Shown here: positions 8,084 to 17,928 of the stretch, in pieces
Position numbering within the stretch: the stretch's first letter is position 1
Layout: each line of letters opens with the position of its first letter
IMG/VR virus record: IMGVR_UViG_3300037195_001552
Location: 697-64,696 of that record
Length of the DNA: 64,000 nucleotides
Origin: a virus
Lineage: Duplodnaviria; Caudoviricetes
Reading direction: 5' to 3' (one strand)
Translations under genes and position numbers: made by a program
Notes under the pieces: generated by a model
The model's input: only the letters and a program-made list of their open reading frames with translations
Database searches by the model: none
What the model was told of the DNA's origin: nothing

Positions 8084-10888
8084 ATGACAGACGCTGAAAC
8101 TGAAGCGGCTCTTAGAAAACTTAGCCAGAAGCTAAGTACAGGAGGGCGTGGATCTGGAGATTTCAGTGTTGCTGATCCTGAAAAGGGTTATTGGGAAGAA
8201 GCTGGAGACTGGTTATCTGAAATCTTTACTGGGTCTGAACAAAGAAAAGATTTGGAAGCCCGTGGTATTTCAGTAGAAGGTGCTCCCGTCGGTATGCGAG
8301 CATCTGCTTCCTTTAACCCAAAGGCTGAAGATAAAGCGATTGACGTTGCTCGTCAACTCATGGAAGAGCATGGTTCTGATGTAGATATCAAAGTCGATCA
8401 TCGTACAAACCGACTCAAATATAAACATCCTAAGAAAGGATGGATCATTTTTGATCCTCCTGGAATGGATATGGGAGATTGGACCGAGTTGGCCGGTGAA
8501 CTTCCCGCCATGACACTAGAAGGTCTTACCTATTGGCTCAGTAGAAAAATTCCGGGCAGGAATATTCTCCGTCGCGGACCTAAACGCGATATTGCATTAA
8601 AGGGTACTGCGATCGCTACAGGAGGAGCGGCTGGGGAAGCTGGTCGTGTGAAATATGCCCAAGAAACAGGTATGCAAGATCATCTTACTAAAAAAGAAAA
8701 AGAAGAACAGATGGTCATGGAACCTCTCAAAGCCGCTGGCCTCGGTGTAGCGGGAGGTGTTGCTGGTCGTGCCACCGGAGGCGGGCTTAAATGGGTTTGG
8801 CAGATGGCAAGCGGTAAGCGAGTTCCTGCCGTCTATCGTAATCGTCTTAAGGTGTTTGCAGAACAGAGCCAGGAACCAATTGAACTTATCAATGATTATT
8901 TGAAAAAATCAGGCATTGATAAGAAATTCTCACCAACGCCTTCTCAGGTGTTAAGAGATCCAGAACTTCATCGGGTAATGCAAAACATTATCAATGATAA
9001 ATCCATGCCCGATCAGTCAAAACTTATTATTCAAGCCTATATGGACAACTATAGTGCTCTAAAATCAGCTTTGGACGAGGCCGGTATCAGAGCTGTACCG
9101 CTACAAGCCGATGAAGTCAGTGAATTATCCGCTGGAACCGCCTTAAAAAGAGAACTCGAAGCCCCTCTAAAGGCCGGAGAGCGCGCCGTGGCCCTTGGGG
9201 CCAGCAATAGGTCTAAAGCTGCTCGAGAGGCTCTCGAGGCCGTCGAGGCCACTGCTGGGCACGAAGCAGCCGACATGGGGGCGGGCGCAAGCTACCGTGA
9301 TCTTTTTGAAAAAGCCGTACAGAAACATAGAGATCGGTTTAATCGCCTATATTCAGAACTTTCAGATACCTACATCAACCGTACTGTTCGTCCGACCACA
9401 TTACGACATCTTCTAAAGAAAGAGCTTGCTCTTTACGAAAAAGATTTAGCTGAAGGCTCCTGGCTTGTGGGAGAAGATCAAGCTCTTTTTGAAAAGATTC
9501 TTAAAAATGTGGATACTGCTCGTATTAGTTCTAGTGGAGCTAATATTCGGGGAGCTCCTGAAGTTGATCTTCCTGTTTTGGATCGTTTTATCAAACAACT
9601 CAAGGCAGGTGAACGAAAATTATATGGAAAAGACAATACGGGTCCTGCATTAGAATCTATCAAACGACTTCGCGAAGCAGCCGAAAAAGACTTTGCTCGT
9701 GGATTAGCTGATATGGGTCCAGAAGCTGTGGTCAAAAAGGCTCAGCTCGATGAACTTTATAAAGCAGAACAAGACAAACTGGCTCGCGGCACCGTAGCTA
9801 AGATGATAAAAATAGATGCTGACGGTATGCCTCGTGTTACCGATGAAAAAATGTTCAATTATTTCTTTGGTCGTGATGTCGCTACAGGAACTCGTAGCAA
9901 GCATATTCATCGTGTTCTGTCTGAACCACAGTATCATGCTGAACGTAAACAAGTTGAAAATACAATTTTTCAACAGTTTATAAGAGAAAACAGTGATCCA
10001 GTTACCGATAAACTCATTGGGAAAAAGGCGAAAAACTGGCTTGATCAGCGTAAACAAAATCTTGATCTGTGGTTCAGTCCACAACAGCAACAGATTTTGC
10101 GAAACGCCGAAACTTCGGCAAGTGCCGTAAAGCGATGGGAGCAACGTGAGAAAAATTTCCAAAAGGCGTTAAAACACGCCTACGGAGCTACTGTCACAAA
10201 GTATGGTAGAGAAGGAGTACTTCAGCCCGAAGAAGTTTTCAAAAAGATGTGGGATAATCCTATCGGGCTCGAACGTATGAAATCGCGCGCGACCAAGTTT
10301 CCTAATGAATGGGATATGTTCCGTAAGGCCGGACTAAAGCGTATTGAAAAAGACATCACAGCTTATGATAAAAATCTTGAAGCAGATGTCATTAACTTTG
10401 ATAAATTGAATAAAATTTTAGACGATCAAGACTATATGAAACGTATTCGAGTTCTTTATGGAGATCAGTATCTTAAGGATCTCCGTATGATTCGAGAAGG
10501 AGCACAGATTTTAGATCGAGATATTGGAAGTAGAGTATCAAAAGATAAAAACGGCTGGGTGGCGGTCGTTCGGAACATGGTGTTTGGTCCTCTTAGTCAT
10601 AAAAACTTCGCCTACAAAAAAGGTTCGGAAAAAGTTCAACAGGTTCAGCTTGATAATCTGAAACGTCTTCTATTAGACACAGATCAATTAAGAAAAGTTG
10701 CAAACGATATCGACACCAGTGAAGGAACAAAACATGCTCAGACCCTGTTAGGGGCCGGGGGCGCTCAGTTTGCAGGAGACGCTGATACAGGTGAATCCTA
10801 CCGTGGGGGAATACCGGCTGTTGATGCTCTTGCAGATCGGGTTAAAAACGATAAAGTCCTTCAAGAGAAGATCCGTGCGGCGCAGTGA
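8084..10888 (+). CDS. large internal virion (ejectosome-type) protein
   Basis: 934 aa, mostly helical; last gene of the late operon. Confidence 0.6.
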   Translation: MTDAETEAALRKLSQKLSTGGRGSGDFSVADPEKGYWEEAGDWLSEIFTGSEQRKDLEARGISVEGAPVGMRASASFNPKAEDKAIDVARQLMEEHGSDVDIKVDHRTNRLKYKHPKKGWIIFDPPGMDMGDWTELAGELPAMTLEGLTYWLSRKIPGRNILRRGPKRDIALKGTAIATGGAAGEAGRVKYAQETGMQDHLTKKEKEEQMVMEPLKAAGLGVAGGVAGRATGGGLKWVWQMASGKRVPAVYRNRLKVFAEQSQEPIELINDYLKKSGIDKKFSPTPSQVLRDPELHRVMQNIINDKSMPDQSKLIIQAYMDNYSALKSALDEAGIRAVPLQADEVSELSAGTALKRELEAPLKAGERAVALGASNRSKAAREALEAVEATAGHEAADMGAGASYRDLFEKAVQKHRDRFNRLYSELSDTYINRTVRPTTLRHLLKKELALYEKDLAEGSWLVGEDQALFEKILKNVDTARISSSGANIRGAPEVDLPVLDRFIKQLKAGERKLYGKDNTGPALESIKRLREAAEKDFARGLADMGPEAVVKKAQLDELYKAEQDKLARGTVAKMIKIDADGMPRVTDEKMFNYFFGRDVATGTRSKHIHRVLSEPQYHAERKQVENTIFQQFIRENSDPVTDKLIGKKAKNWLDQRKQNLDLWFSPQQQQILRNAETSASAVKRWEQREKNFQKALKHAYGATVTKYGREGVLQPEEVFKKMWDNPIGLERMKSRATKFPNEWDMFRKAGLKRIEKDITAYDKNLEADVINFDKLNKILDDQDYMKRIRVLYGDQYLKDLRMIREGAQILDRDIGSRVSKDKNGWVAVVRNMVFGPLSHKNFAYKKGSEKVQQVQLDNLKRLLLDTDQLRKVANDIDTSEGTKHAQTLLGAGGAQFAGDADTGESYRGGIPAVDALADRVKNDKVLQEKIRAAQ

Positions 10889-11135
10889 GGTATTGGTAGT
10901 TTGAGCCAATAATACCTCCGCGCAACTTTCTAATACCGTCATCGGGGCCAGTGTCGACCTGGGGTTTTTATGGTGAGGTATTGCGGTATTGCTTTATATA
11001 CGTTTTCGATCGATCCGTATCGATCGATCGCTGAAAACGGTAAAATAGCAATACTCTAATACCTTATTTTCCAAAGTGGCAGTGTATAAGGGTTACAGCG
11101 TTCTTCAATCGTATTAGAAAGTTTTGCCGGGGTAT
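10889..11135. repeat. AATAC(C/T) repeat locus 1 (iteron/operator-like)
   Basis: Several direct and inverted AATAC hexamers. The 26-mer GTAAAATAGCAATACTCTAATACCTT (11040-11065) and the 19-mer AATCGTATTAGAAAGTTTT (11107-11125) both recur at 38.4 kb. Confidence 0.85.
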
Positions 11136-11205
11136 AAAGGTGTAGTCAGGGGTTATATAAGAATATTATATATACCCGCGCGAACAAGTTAGTTACAAAT
11201 TCTAT

Positions 11206-11235
11206 TTGTATTCAATATACTTTTACCCTTACACT
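11206..11235 (+). promoter_or_regulatory. sigma70-like promoter of the replication operon
   Basis: TTGTAT-18 nt-TACACT, upstream of the AGAAAGCAGAAAGGGG RBS. Confidence 0.45.
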
Positions 11236-11262
11236 GGGCCTTAGAAAGCAGAAAGGGGTAAC

Positions 11263-12699
11263 ATGAAGTACCCGTTTAAGATCAAGCCGTATGAGCACCA
11301 ACTCACGGCTTTGGAAAAGGGCCTACCTCACCTGGAATATGCCTACTTTATGGAGATGGGCACGGGTAAGACGAAGGTGCTGTTGGACACCGCAGCCGTG
11401 CTGTACGATCAGGGTAAGATCGAAGGTTTACTGGTCGTGGCCCCCAAGGGCGTTTATCGGAACTGGACAGACATTGAAATACCCGCCCACTTCCCTGATC
11501 ACATACCCTCACGGGTCGTCGCATGGTCGTCCAATCTGAACAAGAAGAAGAAAGAAGAAATAAACAGTCTGTTCGAACCTAACAACAACTTTTGCATATT
11601 CGTCATCAACGTAGATGCCCTGATCACAAAGAAGGGTGCCTTGGTGATTGAAAAGTTCCTTAACACCCGCCTTGCAATGATGGTGATCGATGAGTCCACC
11701 ACCATCAAGACCCCAAGTGCCAAGCGCACCAAGGCCACTATCAAATTCGGGAAATTGGCCCGCTATCGACGTATTCTAACGGGTTCCCCCGTAACCAAAT
11801 CTCCTTTAGATATCTATACTCAGTGTGAATTCCTCAATCCACACCTGTTGGGATTTTCATCTTACTACAGTTTCCGCAATCGTTACGCGGTTTTGATTGA
11901 TCAGGACTACGGCGGGCGGACATTCAAACAGGTGGTGGGATATAAGAACACAGAAGAGCTGAAAGATGAGCTGGCTCAGTTTTCTTTCAGAGTAACCAAA
12001 GACGAATGCTTGGATCTACCGCCTAAGATATACGTGCGGCGTGAATTTGAAATGACCAAGGAGCAGAAAAAGGTTTATGACGAAATGTTGTCGTTGGCCT
12101 TGGCTATTTTTGAAGAAGGCGCGGCTACGACCACTTCGGCCATTGTGCAACTTCTTAGACTGCATCAGATTTCATGTGGGTTTTTGCCTCTGGATGATGA
12201 CGGTGGGATGCAGGAACTAAAGAATGACCGGCTTTCCACCCTCATGCAGCTATTGGAGGAAACCGATGAAAAAGTCATTATCTGGGCGAACTACCGGGCG
12301 GACATCTTCCGGATCAAAGAAGCAGTCGAAAAGGCTTACGGGCCGGATTCTATCGTTACTTATTTCGGAGACACGAATATTGATGATCGACAGACCGCTG
12401 TATCGTCTTTCCAAGATATGTCTTCATCCACGAGGTTTTTTCTCGGAAACACCCAAACAGGTGGATATGGTATCACTCTTACAGCGGCGTCAACAGTGGT
12501 CTACTATTCTAACAACTATGACCTGGAAAAGCGGCTTCAGAGCGAAGACCGAGCTCATCGTATTGGGCAGCATAATCCGGTTACATATATCGATCTTGTC
12601 TGTAAGAATACGGTTGATGAAAAGATCATTAAGGCGCTTCGCAACAAAATAGACCTAGCCCGCGCCATCACAGGTGACAAATGGCGCGAGTGGCTTTAA
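11263..12699 (+). CDS. SNF2-family (SF2) helicase
   Basis: EMGTGKT Walker A, IDEST, LTGSP and QSEDRAHRIGQ motif VI. Confidence 0.92.
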   Translation: MKYPFKIKPYEHQLTALEKGLPHLEYAYFMEMGTGKTKVLLDTAAVLYDQGKIEGLLVVAPKGVYRNWTDIEIPAHFPDHIPSRVVAWSSNLNKKKKEEINSLFEPNNNFCIFVINVDALITKKGALVIEKFLNTRLAMMVIDESTTIKTPSAKRTKATIKFGKLARYRRILTGSPVTKSPLDIYTQCEFLNPHLLGFSSYYSFRNRYAVLIDQDYGGRTFKQVVGYKNTEELKDELAQFSFRVTKDECLDLPPKIYVRREFEMTKEQKKVYDEMLSLALAIFEEGAATTTSAIVQLLRLHQISCGFLPLDDDGGMQELKNDRLSTLMQLLEETDEKVIIWANYRADIFRIKEAVEKAYGPDSIVTYFGDTNIDDRQTAVSSFQDMSSSTRFFLGNTQTGGYGITLTAASTVVYYSNNYDLEKRLQSEDRAHRIGQHNPVTYIDLVCKNTVDEKIIKALRNKIDLARAITGDKWREWL

Positions 12700-13100
12700 C
12701 CCTTTTTCTTATACTGCTAACTACAGGGGCGGAGTGTGGAATCGACGTTGCGAGAAAGGGCCAAGTTCGAACCCCACCGCCCATTGTCCGCTTGAACCAG
12801 ACAGTCTTCAACCTCGGTGATAAAGCCGTCTTTTGGATCGATTCCCCTGTACCTGTTTCCCCCGTTATCTACGATTTTCAATCAAGAGGTTGGGTAAAGA
12901 TATTTCCCAACAGTTTTGAAACTTTTTGGATGAAAAGCCGAGGGAAAATTCCTTCGACAAACAAGTATTTTATGAGAATATTTCCAGGAAGAACCCCGTT
13001 TCCACATCGTTACAAAGTCATCGTCGACGGCAGAGCGCATATTTTACCTTATCGCATACGTAAATCCAATTTACAGGACCACGCTGGGCGTTTACGCTAA
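12681..13100 (+). CDS. hypothetical exported protein
   Basis: Signal-like N-terminus (LTLFLILLTTGAEC); lower GC than its neighbours. Confidence 0.5.
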   Translation: MARVALTLFLILLTTGAECGIDVARKGQVRTPPPIVRLNQTVFNLGDKAVFWIDSPVPVSPVIYDFQSRGWVKIFPNSFETFWMKSRGKIPSTNKYFMRIFPGRTPFPHRYKVIVDGRAHILPYRIRKSNLQDHAGRLR

Positions 13101-13116
13101 TGTTTAGAGGGAAGAA

Positions 13117-13443
13117 ATGAGCATAGTTTATATCGTGCAGGAACCTGCCAACCGGAACTTTACTCCGGCTAAGAAGTACGGAAAACTGAAATCTCTTGTG
13201 CCGGATAGGGTACAAGTACAGATTTCGGCTGCTCCGGTTATTCGCCGTTTACGCGGTGAACTTAAAGATTTCTCAAACAACGATTATTTACTTCTTTCTG
13301 GTGATCCCATCATAATCGGTCTCGCTATAGTCGTAGCGGGCGAAAATAACATGGGTCGAATAAACGTGCTGAAATGGGACAAACAGGAGAAGACGTATAA
13401 TCCAATCGAAATTGACCTATACCCAAAAGAGGGTGATAAATGA
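13117..13443 (+). CDS. conserved hypothetical replication-module protein
   Basis: Good RBS; VYIVQE...NF..A.KYG.L...DYLLLSGDP pattern is common next to SNF2 genes in such phages. Confidence 0.7.
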   Translation: MSIVYIVQEPANRNFTPAKKYGKLKSLVPDRVQVQISAAPVIRRLRGELKDFSNNDYLLLSGDPIIIGLAIVVAGENNMGRINVLKWDKQEKTYNPIEIDLYPKEGDK

Positions 13444-14000
13444 ACGACATATTTGCAGAAATGGAAGCCGACGCCTTAGACGCTTCGGCAATTCCAGACG
13501 ACAAGAAATTGGAAGGTGTCGCCGGGCTTGCTCAAGACATGATCCAACTGGAAAAGCAAATCAACGATACGGAAGACCATCTGAAAGATCTAAAGCGTCA
13601 ACATCAGATTATTCAGACCGGCAAGCTGCCTGAAGCCCTAATCGAACTGGGCCTAACCGGCTTGCCAATGGAGGACGGGGTTACCATCGAGGTGAAGCCG
13701 TTCGTAAGTGCCAGTATCTCCAAGGCAAACAGGGAAGAGGCGTATCAGTGGCTGATGGATAACGGCCACGGAGACATCATCAAAAACCTTGTTTCGGTGG
13801 ATGTTGGTAAGGATTCAGAGCAAGCCAAGCTGGCTCTGGATGTTCTCCGCAACGCGGGCCTGGAACCTTCTAATGATAAGAAGGTCCATCCGCAGACGCT
13901 TAAGGCGTTTGTGCGAGAACAGGTCGAAAAGGGAACGCCCATACCCTTAGAGCTCCTCGGAGCATACCTTGGGCAAAAAGCGACCATCAAAAGGAAATGA
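13440..14000 (+). CDS. hypothetical replication-module protein
   Basis: Coiled coil plus WLMDNGHGDIIKN...VHPQTLKAFVREQ, a family seen upstream of phage SSB-like genes. Confidence 0.7.
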   Translation: MNDIFAEMEADALDASAIPDDKKLEGVAGLAQDMIQLEKQINDTEDHLKDLKRQHQIIQTGKLPEALIELGLTGLPMEDGVTIEVKPFVSASISKANREEAYQWLMDNGHGDIIKNLVSVDVGKDSEQAKLALDVLRNAGLEPSNDKKVHPQTLKAFVREQVEKGTPIPLELLGAYLGQKATIKRK

Positions 14001-14788
14001 AAATGGCAAAGAAGAGCACTGCCGTTGCCAAGCGCAACGGAGATCGACTTCCTGTCGATCTCGCAACGGAGATGGAAGCGGATGCTGGCGACGGCTTCCA
14101 AGATGTTACCACACAGGATATGGCGATCCCGTTCCTACGTATCCTTCAGAGCATGTCGCCCCAGCTCAATAAACGGGACGGAAGTTACGTGGCGGGAGCC
14201 GAAGAAGGTCAGATCTTCAACACGGTGACCGGCGAATTGTGGGACGCCGATAAGGGGGTAAACGTTGTCCCCTGCGCCTTCAAGGCCAAAAAGATTGAGT
14301 GGCGTCCGCGGGACTCCGGCGGGGGTTTTGTGGCCGCGCACTCTCGGGATGTAAAGATTCCCACGGAAAAGAACGACAAGGGCAAGGATGTCATGGAAAA
14401 TGGCAACCTTTTGGTGGACACCACCGAGTTCTACGTTCTTATTCTTAGCGATAACGGCTTTGCCGAACAGGCCGTAATCACCATGTCGTCCACCCAGCTC
14501 AAGTACAGCCGGAAGTGGATCACGCTTATGGCGCAGCAACTCATTGATACGAAGGAGGGCCAAAAGCGGGCTCCCTTCTACAGCAGCGTCTACAACATGA
14601 AGACCATGGGCGAGAGCAACGCCGATGGCGACTGGTCAAGCTGGGACATTGGCTTGGTGGGTCATATTCCTGACGTTCCGACCTATCACACCGCCAGGGC
14701 GTTTGCCCGTGCCGTGGAGGACGGTGACGTGGAGGCCAAGCACGTTGCACCGGACGAAGGAGAAGAAACCACCTCCGACGTGATGTGA
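13997..14788 (+). CDS. single-stranded DNA-binding / recombination-like protein
   Basis: DMAIPFLRILQSMSPQ motif, acidic C-terminal tail, and position before the primase. Confidence 0.6.
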   Translation: MKMAKKSTAVAKRNGDRLPVDLATEMEADAGDGFQDVTTQDMAIPFLRILQSMSPQLNKRDGSYVAGAEEGQIFNTVTGELWDADKGVNVVPCAFKAKKIEWRPRDSGGGFVAAHSRDVKIPTEKNDKGKDVMENGNLLVDTTEFYVLILSDNGFAEQAVITMSSTQLKYSRKWITLMAQQLIDTKEGQKRAPFYSSVYNMKTMGESNADGDWSSWDIGLVGHIPDVPTYHTARAFARAVEDGDVEAKHVAPDEGEETTSDVM

Positions 14789-14795
14789 ACTATCC

Positions 14796-14829
14796 AACCC
14801 CGCGCCCGACGGCGCGGGGTTCTTTCTTT
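14796..14829 (+). terminator. intrinsic terminator
   Basis: Stem AACCCCGCGCC/GGCGCGGGGTT, loop CGAC, followed by CTTTCTTT. Confidence 0.7.
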
Positions 14830-14843
14830 CCGGAGGCGGCGGC

Positions 14844-16394
14844 ATGAGTCTGGCAGAACGTATGCTCAATCTATTTCGTGGGATGGATGAGGCCCACGGC
14901 GTTTACCTGTTGAACGAAGAAGAGAAGGAAGCAGAAGAAGGAGAGAAGCAGACCGGAACGGCCTTCACCAAACGCGCCCCGGTTACGGTCCAACTCTGGC
15001 ACCAGCATCTGAAAGGCGAGGAGCCATTGGGAATTATCCCAATCAATCGTCACAATATGTGTGTCTGGGGGGCCATTGACATAGATAGTTATCAGTTAGA
15101 TCTTAAGCAATTTGCTCAGAAAATTTATTCCGCGGGCCTACCGCTATTTCCCTGCCGAAGCAAGTCCGGAGGATGTCACCTAGTGTTGTTTTTGAAAGAA
15201 CCTGTGGCGGCGGGCACTCTTCAAGTGAAACTGGCCGAAATTTCCGCATTTTTGGGATTTGGCCAATCGGAAATTTTCCCAAAACAGCGGCAAGTTCTCG
15301 TTGAAAAGGGGGACATGGGCAATTGGTTGAACATGCCTTACTTCGGCGGAGATCGTAGCAATCGGTACTGCTTGGATAAAAACGGTAAAGCCATGAAATT
15401 GGCTGTTTTCTTAAAGATGGCAGAAGAAGACAGGATTACAGAAGCTGAGTTGGAAAACATTCAGCTTATTCCATTAGACACAGACCTTGGTGACGGTCCC
15501 CCTTGCCTACAGTGCCTTATTTCACAGGGTTTTCCGGAAGGAACACGGAATAATGGCCTTTTCAATCTTGGGGTTTATTGTCGTAAAGCCTTCCCAGACG
15601 AATGGGCCTCAAAAGTGGATGAATTCAATGGCAAATATATGTCCCCACCATTGCTGTCACGAGAAGTACAGTCACTGACTAAACAGTTAGATAAAAAAGA
15701 TTATCAATATAAATGTAACGATCAACCCCTGGCCGGGTTCTGCAATATTTCGGTTTGTCGCACACGACCTTTTGGCATTGGTGGAGCTGCCATGCCTCTG
15801 ATGACGGCCTTAAGAAAAATTCCCACTGATCAGCCCGTGTGGTTTCTTCAAGTCAATGACACAACACTTGAATTATCTACCGATGAACTTCAGGTACAGG
15901 GTAAGTTTCAAAAAGCGTGTATGAATGCGATGAATTACATGCCACCGAAAATATCGGAACGGCAGTGGCGAGGAATTATTCAAAGTCTTTTAGATAAATG
16001 TCACCATATGGATAAACCGGAAGAAGCCAGTATCTCAGATCAATTTTTTGAGCTGGTTCAAGCGTTTTGTACAGATATGAGACTTCAGGCCCAAACAAGA
16101 GAAGAATTATTGTTGGGCCGACCGTTTGAAGGACTTAACCCAGATAATATGGAAATCAAATGCGTATTCTTTAGATTAAGAGATTTAATTGAATTTACGG
16201 TAAGGAACGGTTTTAAATACTACACCCGATCGCAAGCCAGCGCACAACTTCAAGGGGAACGGTTGATGGCGAAGCAAAAGTTTCTTAAGATAAAGGGGGT
16301 GGGGGTGAACGCTTGGTATATAGATTTTCACATATTTGAAGCTATAGATGAAGCCTACGAATTACCGGACATGGGGGGTGAGGATGTCCTTTAG
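14844..16394 (+). CDS. DNA primase (prim-pol-like N-terminus, PriCT-like C-terminus)
   Basis: WGAIDID and RSKSGGCHL AEP-like motifs; GPPCL...RNNGLFNLGVY helical domain. Confidence 0.75.
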   Translation: MSLAERMLNLFRGMDEAHGVYLLNEEEKEAEEGEKQTGTAFTKRAPVTVQLWHQHLKGEEPLGIIPINRHNMCVWGAIDIDSYQLDLKQFAQKIYSAGLPLFPCRSKSGGCHLVLFLKEPVAAGTLQVKLAEISAFLGFGQSEIFPKQRQVLVEKGDMGNWLNMPYFGGDRSNRYCLDKNGKAMKLAVFLKMAEEDRITEAELENIQLIPLDTDLGDGPPCLQCLISQGFPEGTRNNGLFNLGVYCRKAFPDEWASKVDEFNGKYMSPPLLSREVQSLTKQLDKKDYQYKCNDQPLAGFCNISVCRTRPFGIGGAAMPLMTALRKIPTDQPVWFLQVNDTTLELSTDELQVQGKFQKACMNAMNYMPPKISERQWRGIIQSLLDKCHHMDKPEEASISDQFFELVQAFCTDMRLQAQTREELLLGRPFEGLNPDNMEIKCVFFRLRDLIEFTVRNGFKYYTRSQASAQLQGERLMAKQKFLKIKGVGVNAWYIDFHIFEAIDEAYELPDMGGEDVL

Positions 16395-17865
16395 ACCGGA
16401 AATAATAATAGGACCTCCCGGCACAGGAAAAACCACCCGACTATTAGACGAAGTTTCCCAGGCTTTGTCTAATGATTCACCACCAGAAAAAATCGGCTAT
16501 ATGGCCTTTACCCGAAAAGCTGCAAACGAAGCGATCGAACGCGCTGCCGTACAATTTGGATTTATTGAGAAGCAGCTCCCCTATTTTCGCACGTTACATA
16601 GTTTCGCATTTCGGATGCTGGGACTACGCCGGGAACAGGTGCTGGGCCGTAAGACCCTTGATGAATTTGGCCGGGTAATGGGCCTTAGAATCACAGGGTC
16701 AGTAAATGTTGACGAAGGTCAGACCTTCGGCACCTTGCCGGGGGACCGGGCCATGTTCATCTGTGCGCTATCTCGTATGAAACGAATAACGCTTAAGGAA
16801 CAATGGGAAGAAAACAACGAAGATTTGGGCTGGTGGGAAGTTGAACGAGTGTTTCGTGGTCTTAAGGAGTTTAAAACTACTAAGGGTCTGGCTGACTTTA
16901 CGGATATGCTGGAGCAGTACATAGCCTATGGTGTGACTCCACACCTGGACCTGTTGGTGGTGGATGAAGCACAGGATTTATCTCGTCTGCAGTGGGAAAT
17001 GGTGGAGAAAATGGCCCAAACCGCCCGACGCGTTATTGTGGCGGGCGACGATGATCAGGCCATTTTCCGTTGGGCGGGGGCCGATGTATCTTACTTCGTG
17101 AATTTGAAGGGCAAGACCACTACACTTGATCAATCTTATCGTATCCCCAAGCAAGTTCAGAATCTAGCCTTGGACGTAATCAAACGGGTTAAGGAACGTA
17201 GAACAAAAGAATGGTCTCCTAGAGAAGCAGAAGGGAGTTTAGAATACCGCCCCACTACGGATGGGATTGACTTTTCAGCAGGAGAATGGCTGATACTAGC
17301 CCGGAATAACTATTTGCTGGAAGCTGTGGAAGAGCAGTGCCGCAGGGAAGGTTGGATTTTTGAAAAGAACGGGCGACGATCCGTATCTGATAAGACCTTA
17401 AATACGATCCGAGGATGGGAGGCTTTACGAAAAGGGGAATTGGTTAGTCATTCCGTGGCGCGGGATATATTGAGAGTAATTCCTAGAAAATCTAAGTGGT
17501 TCCCAAAAGATGGTCAGTATTCACTCCAAAATCTTAAAGAAGACTATGGAGTAAATACTAAAAGCATTTGGCACGAAGCGTTTGAAAAGATGTCTTTAGT
17601 TGAACGATCTTATTTGGTAGCGGCACTTCGCCGTGGAGAAAAGGTATCCAAACGACCCCGAATCAGTATGAACACGATCCACAGTGTGAAAGGGGGTCAA
17701 GCAGATAACGTGGTGTTATTTTCAGATATAGCTCAACGAACTTATCGGGCACTGCTGAATTTCCCTGAAGACGAACACCGGGTTTTCTACGTTGGGATCA
17801 CACGGGCCAAGGAAAAATTGATAGTTATCCTACCGAACAGTAAATTCTTCTTTGCGGGGCTTTAG
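16384..17865 (+). CDS. UvrD/Rep-family (SF1) helicase
   Basis: GPPGTGKTT, VVDEAQD, GDDDQAIF, TIHSVKG, FYVGITRAK. Confidence 0.92.
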   Translation: MSFRPEIIIGPPGTGKTTRLLDEVSQALSNDSPPEKIGYMAFTRKAANEAIERAAVQFGFIEKQLPYFRTLHSFAFRMLGLRREQVLGRKTLDEFGRVMGLRITGSVNVDEGQTFGTLPGDRAMFICALSRMKRITLKEQWEENNEDLGWWEVERVFRGLKEFKTTKGLADFTDMLEQYIAYGVTPHLDLLVVDEAQDLSRLQWEMVEKMAQTARRVIVAGDDDQAIFRWAGADVSYFVNLKGKTTTLDQSYRIPKQVQNLALDVIKRVKERRTKEWSPREAEGSLEYRPTTDGIDFSAGEWLILARNNYLLEAVEEQCRREGWIFEKNGRRSVSDKTLNTIRGWEALRKGELVSHSVARDILRVIPRKSKWFPKDGQYSLQNLKEDYGVNTKSIWHEAFEKMSLVERSYLVAALRRGEKVSKRPRISMNTIHSVKGGQADNVVLFSDIAQRTYRALLNFPEDEHRVFYVGITRAKEKLIVILPNSKFFFAGL

Positions 17866-17879
17866 AAGTGTGTTATTCT
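17851..17879 (+). promoter_or_regulatory. sigma70-like promoter upstream of the modification cluster
   Basis: TTTGCG-17 nt-TATTCT. Confidence 0.4.
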
Positions 17880-17928
17880 ATGTGGCATAGAAAGCAGAAA
17901 TCGAACCATCATCAACGAGGTACAGGAA

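Noticed and set aside
10889-11135. CRISPR array or mini-array
   Set aside because: Repeats are short, in mixed orientation and lack regular 30-40-nt spacers; no cas genes are present.
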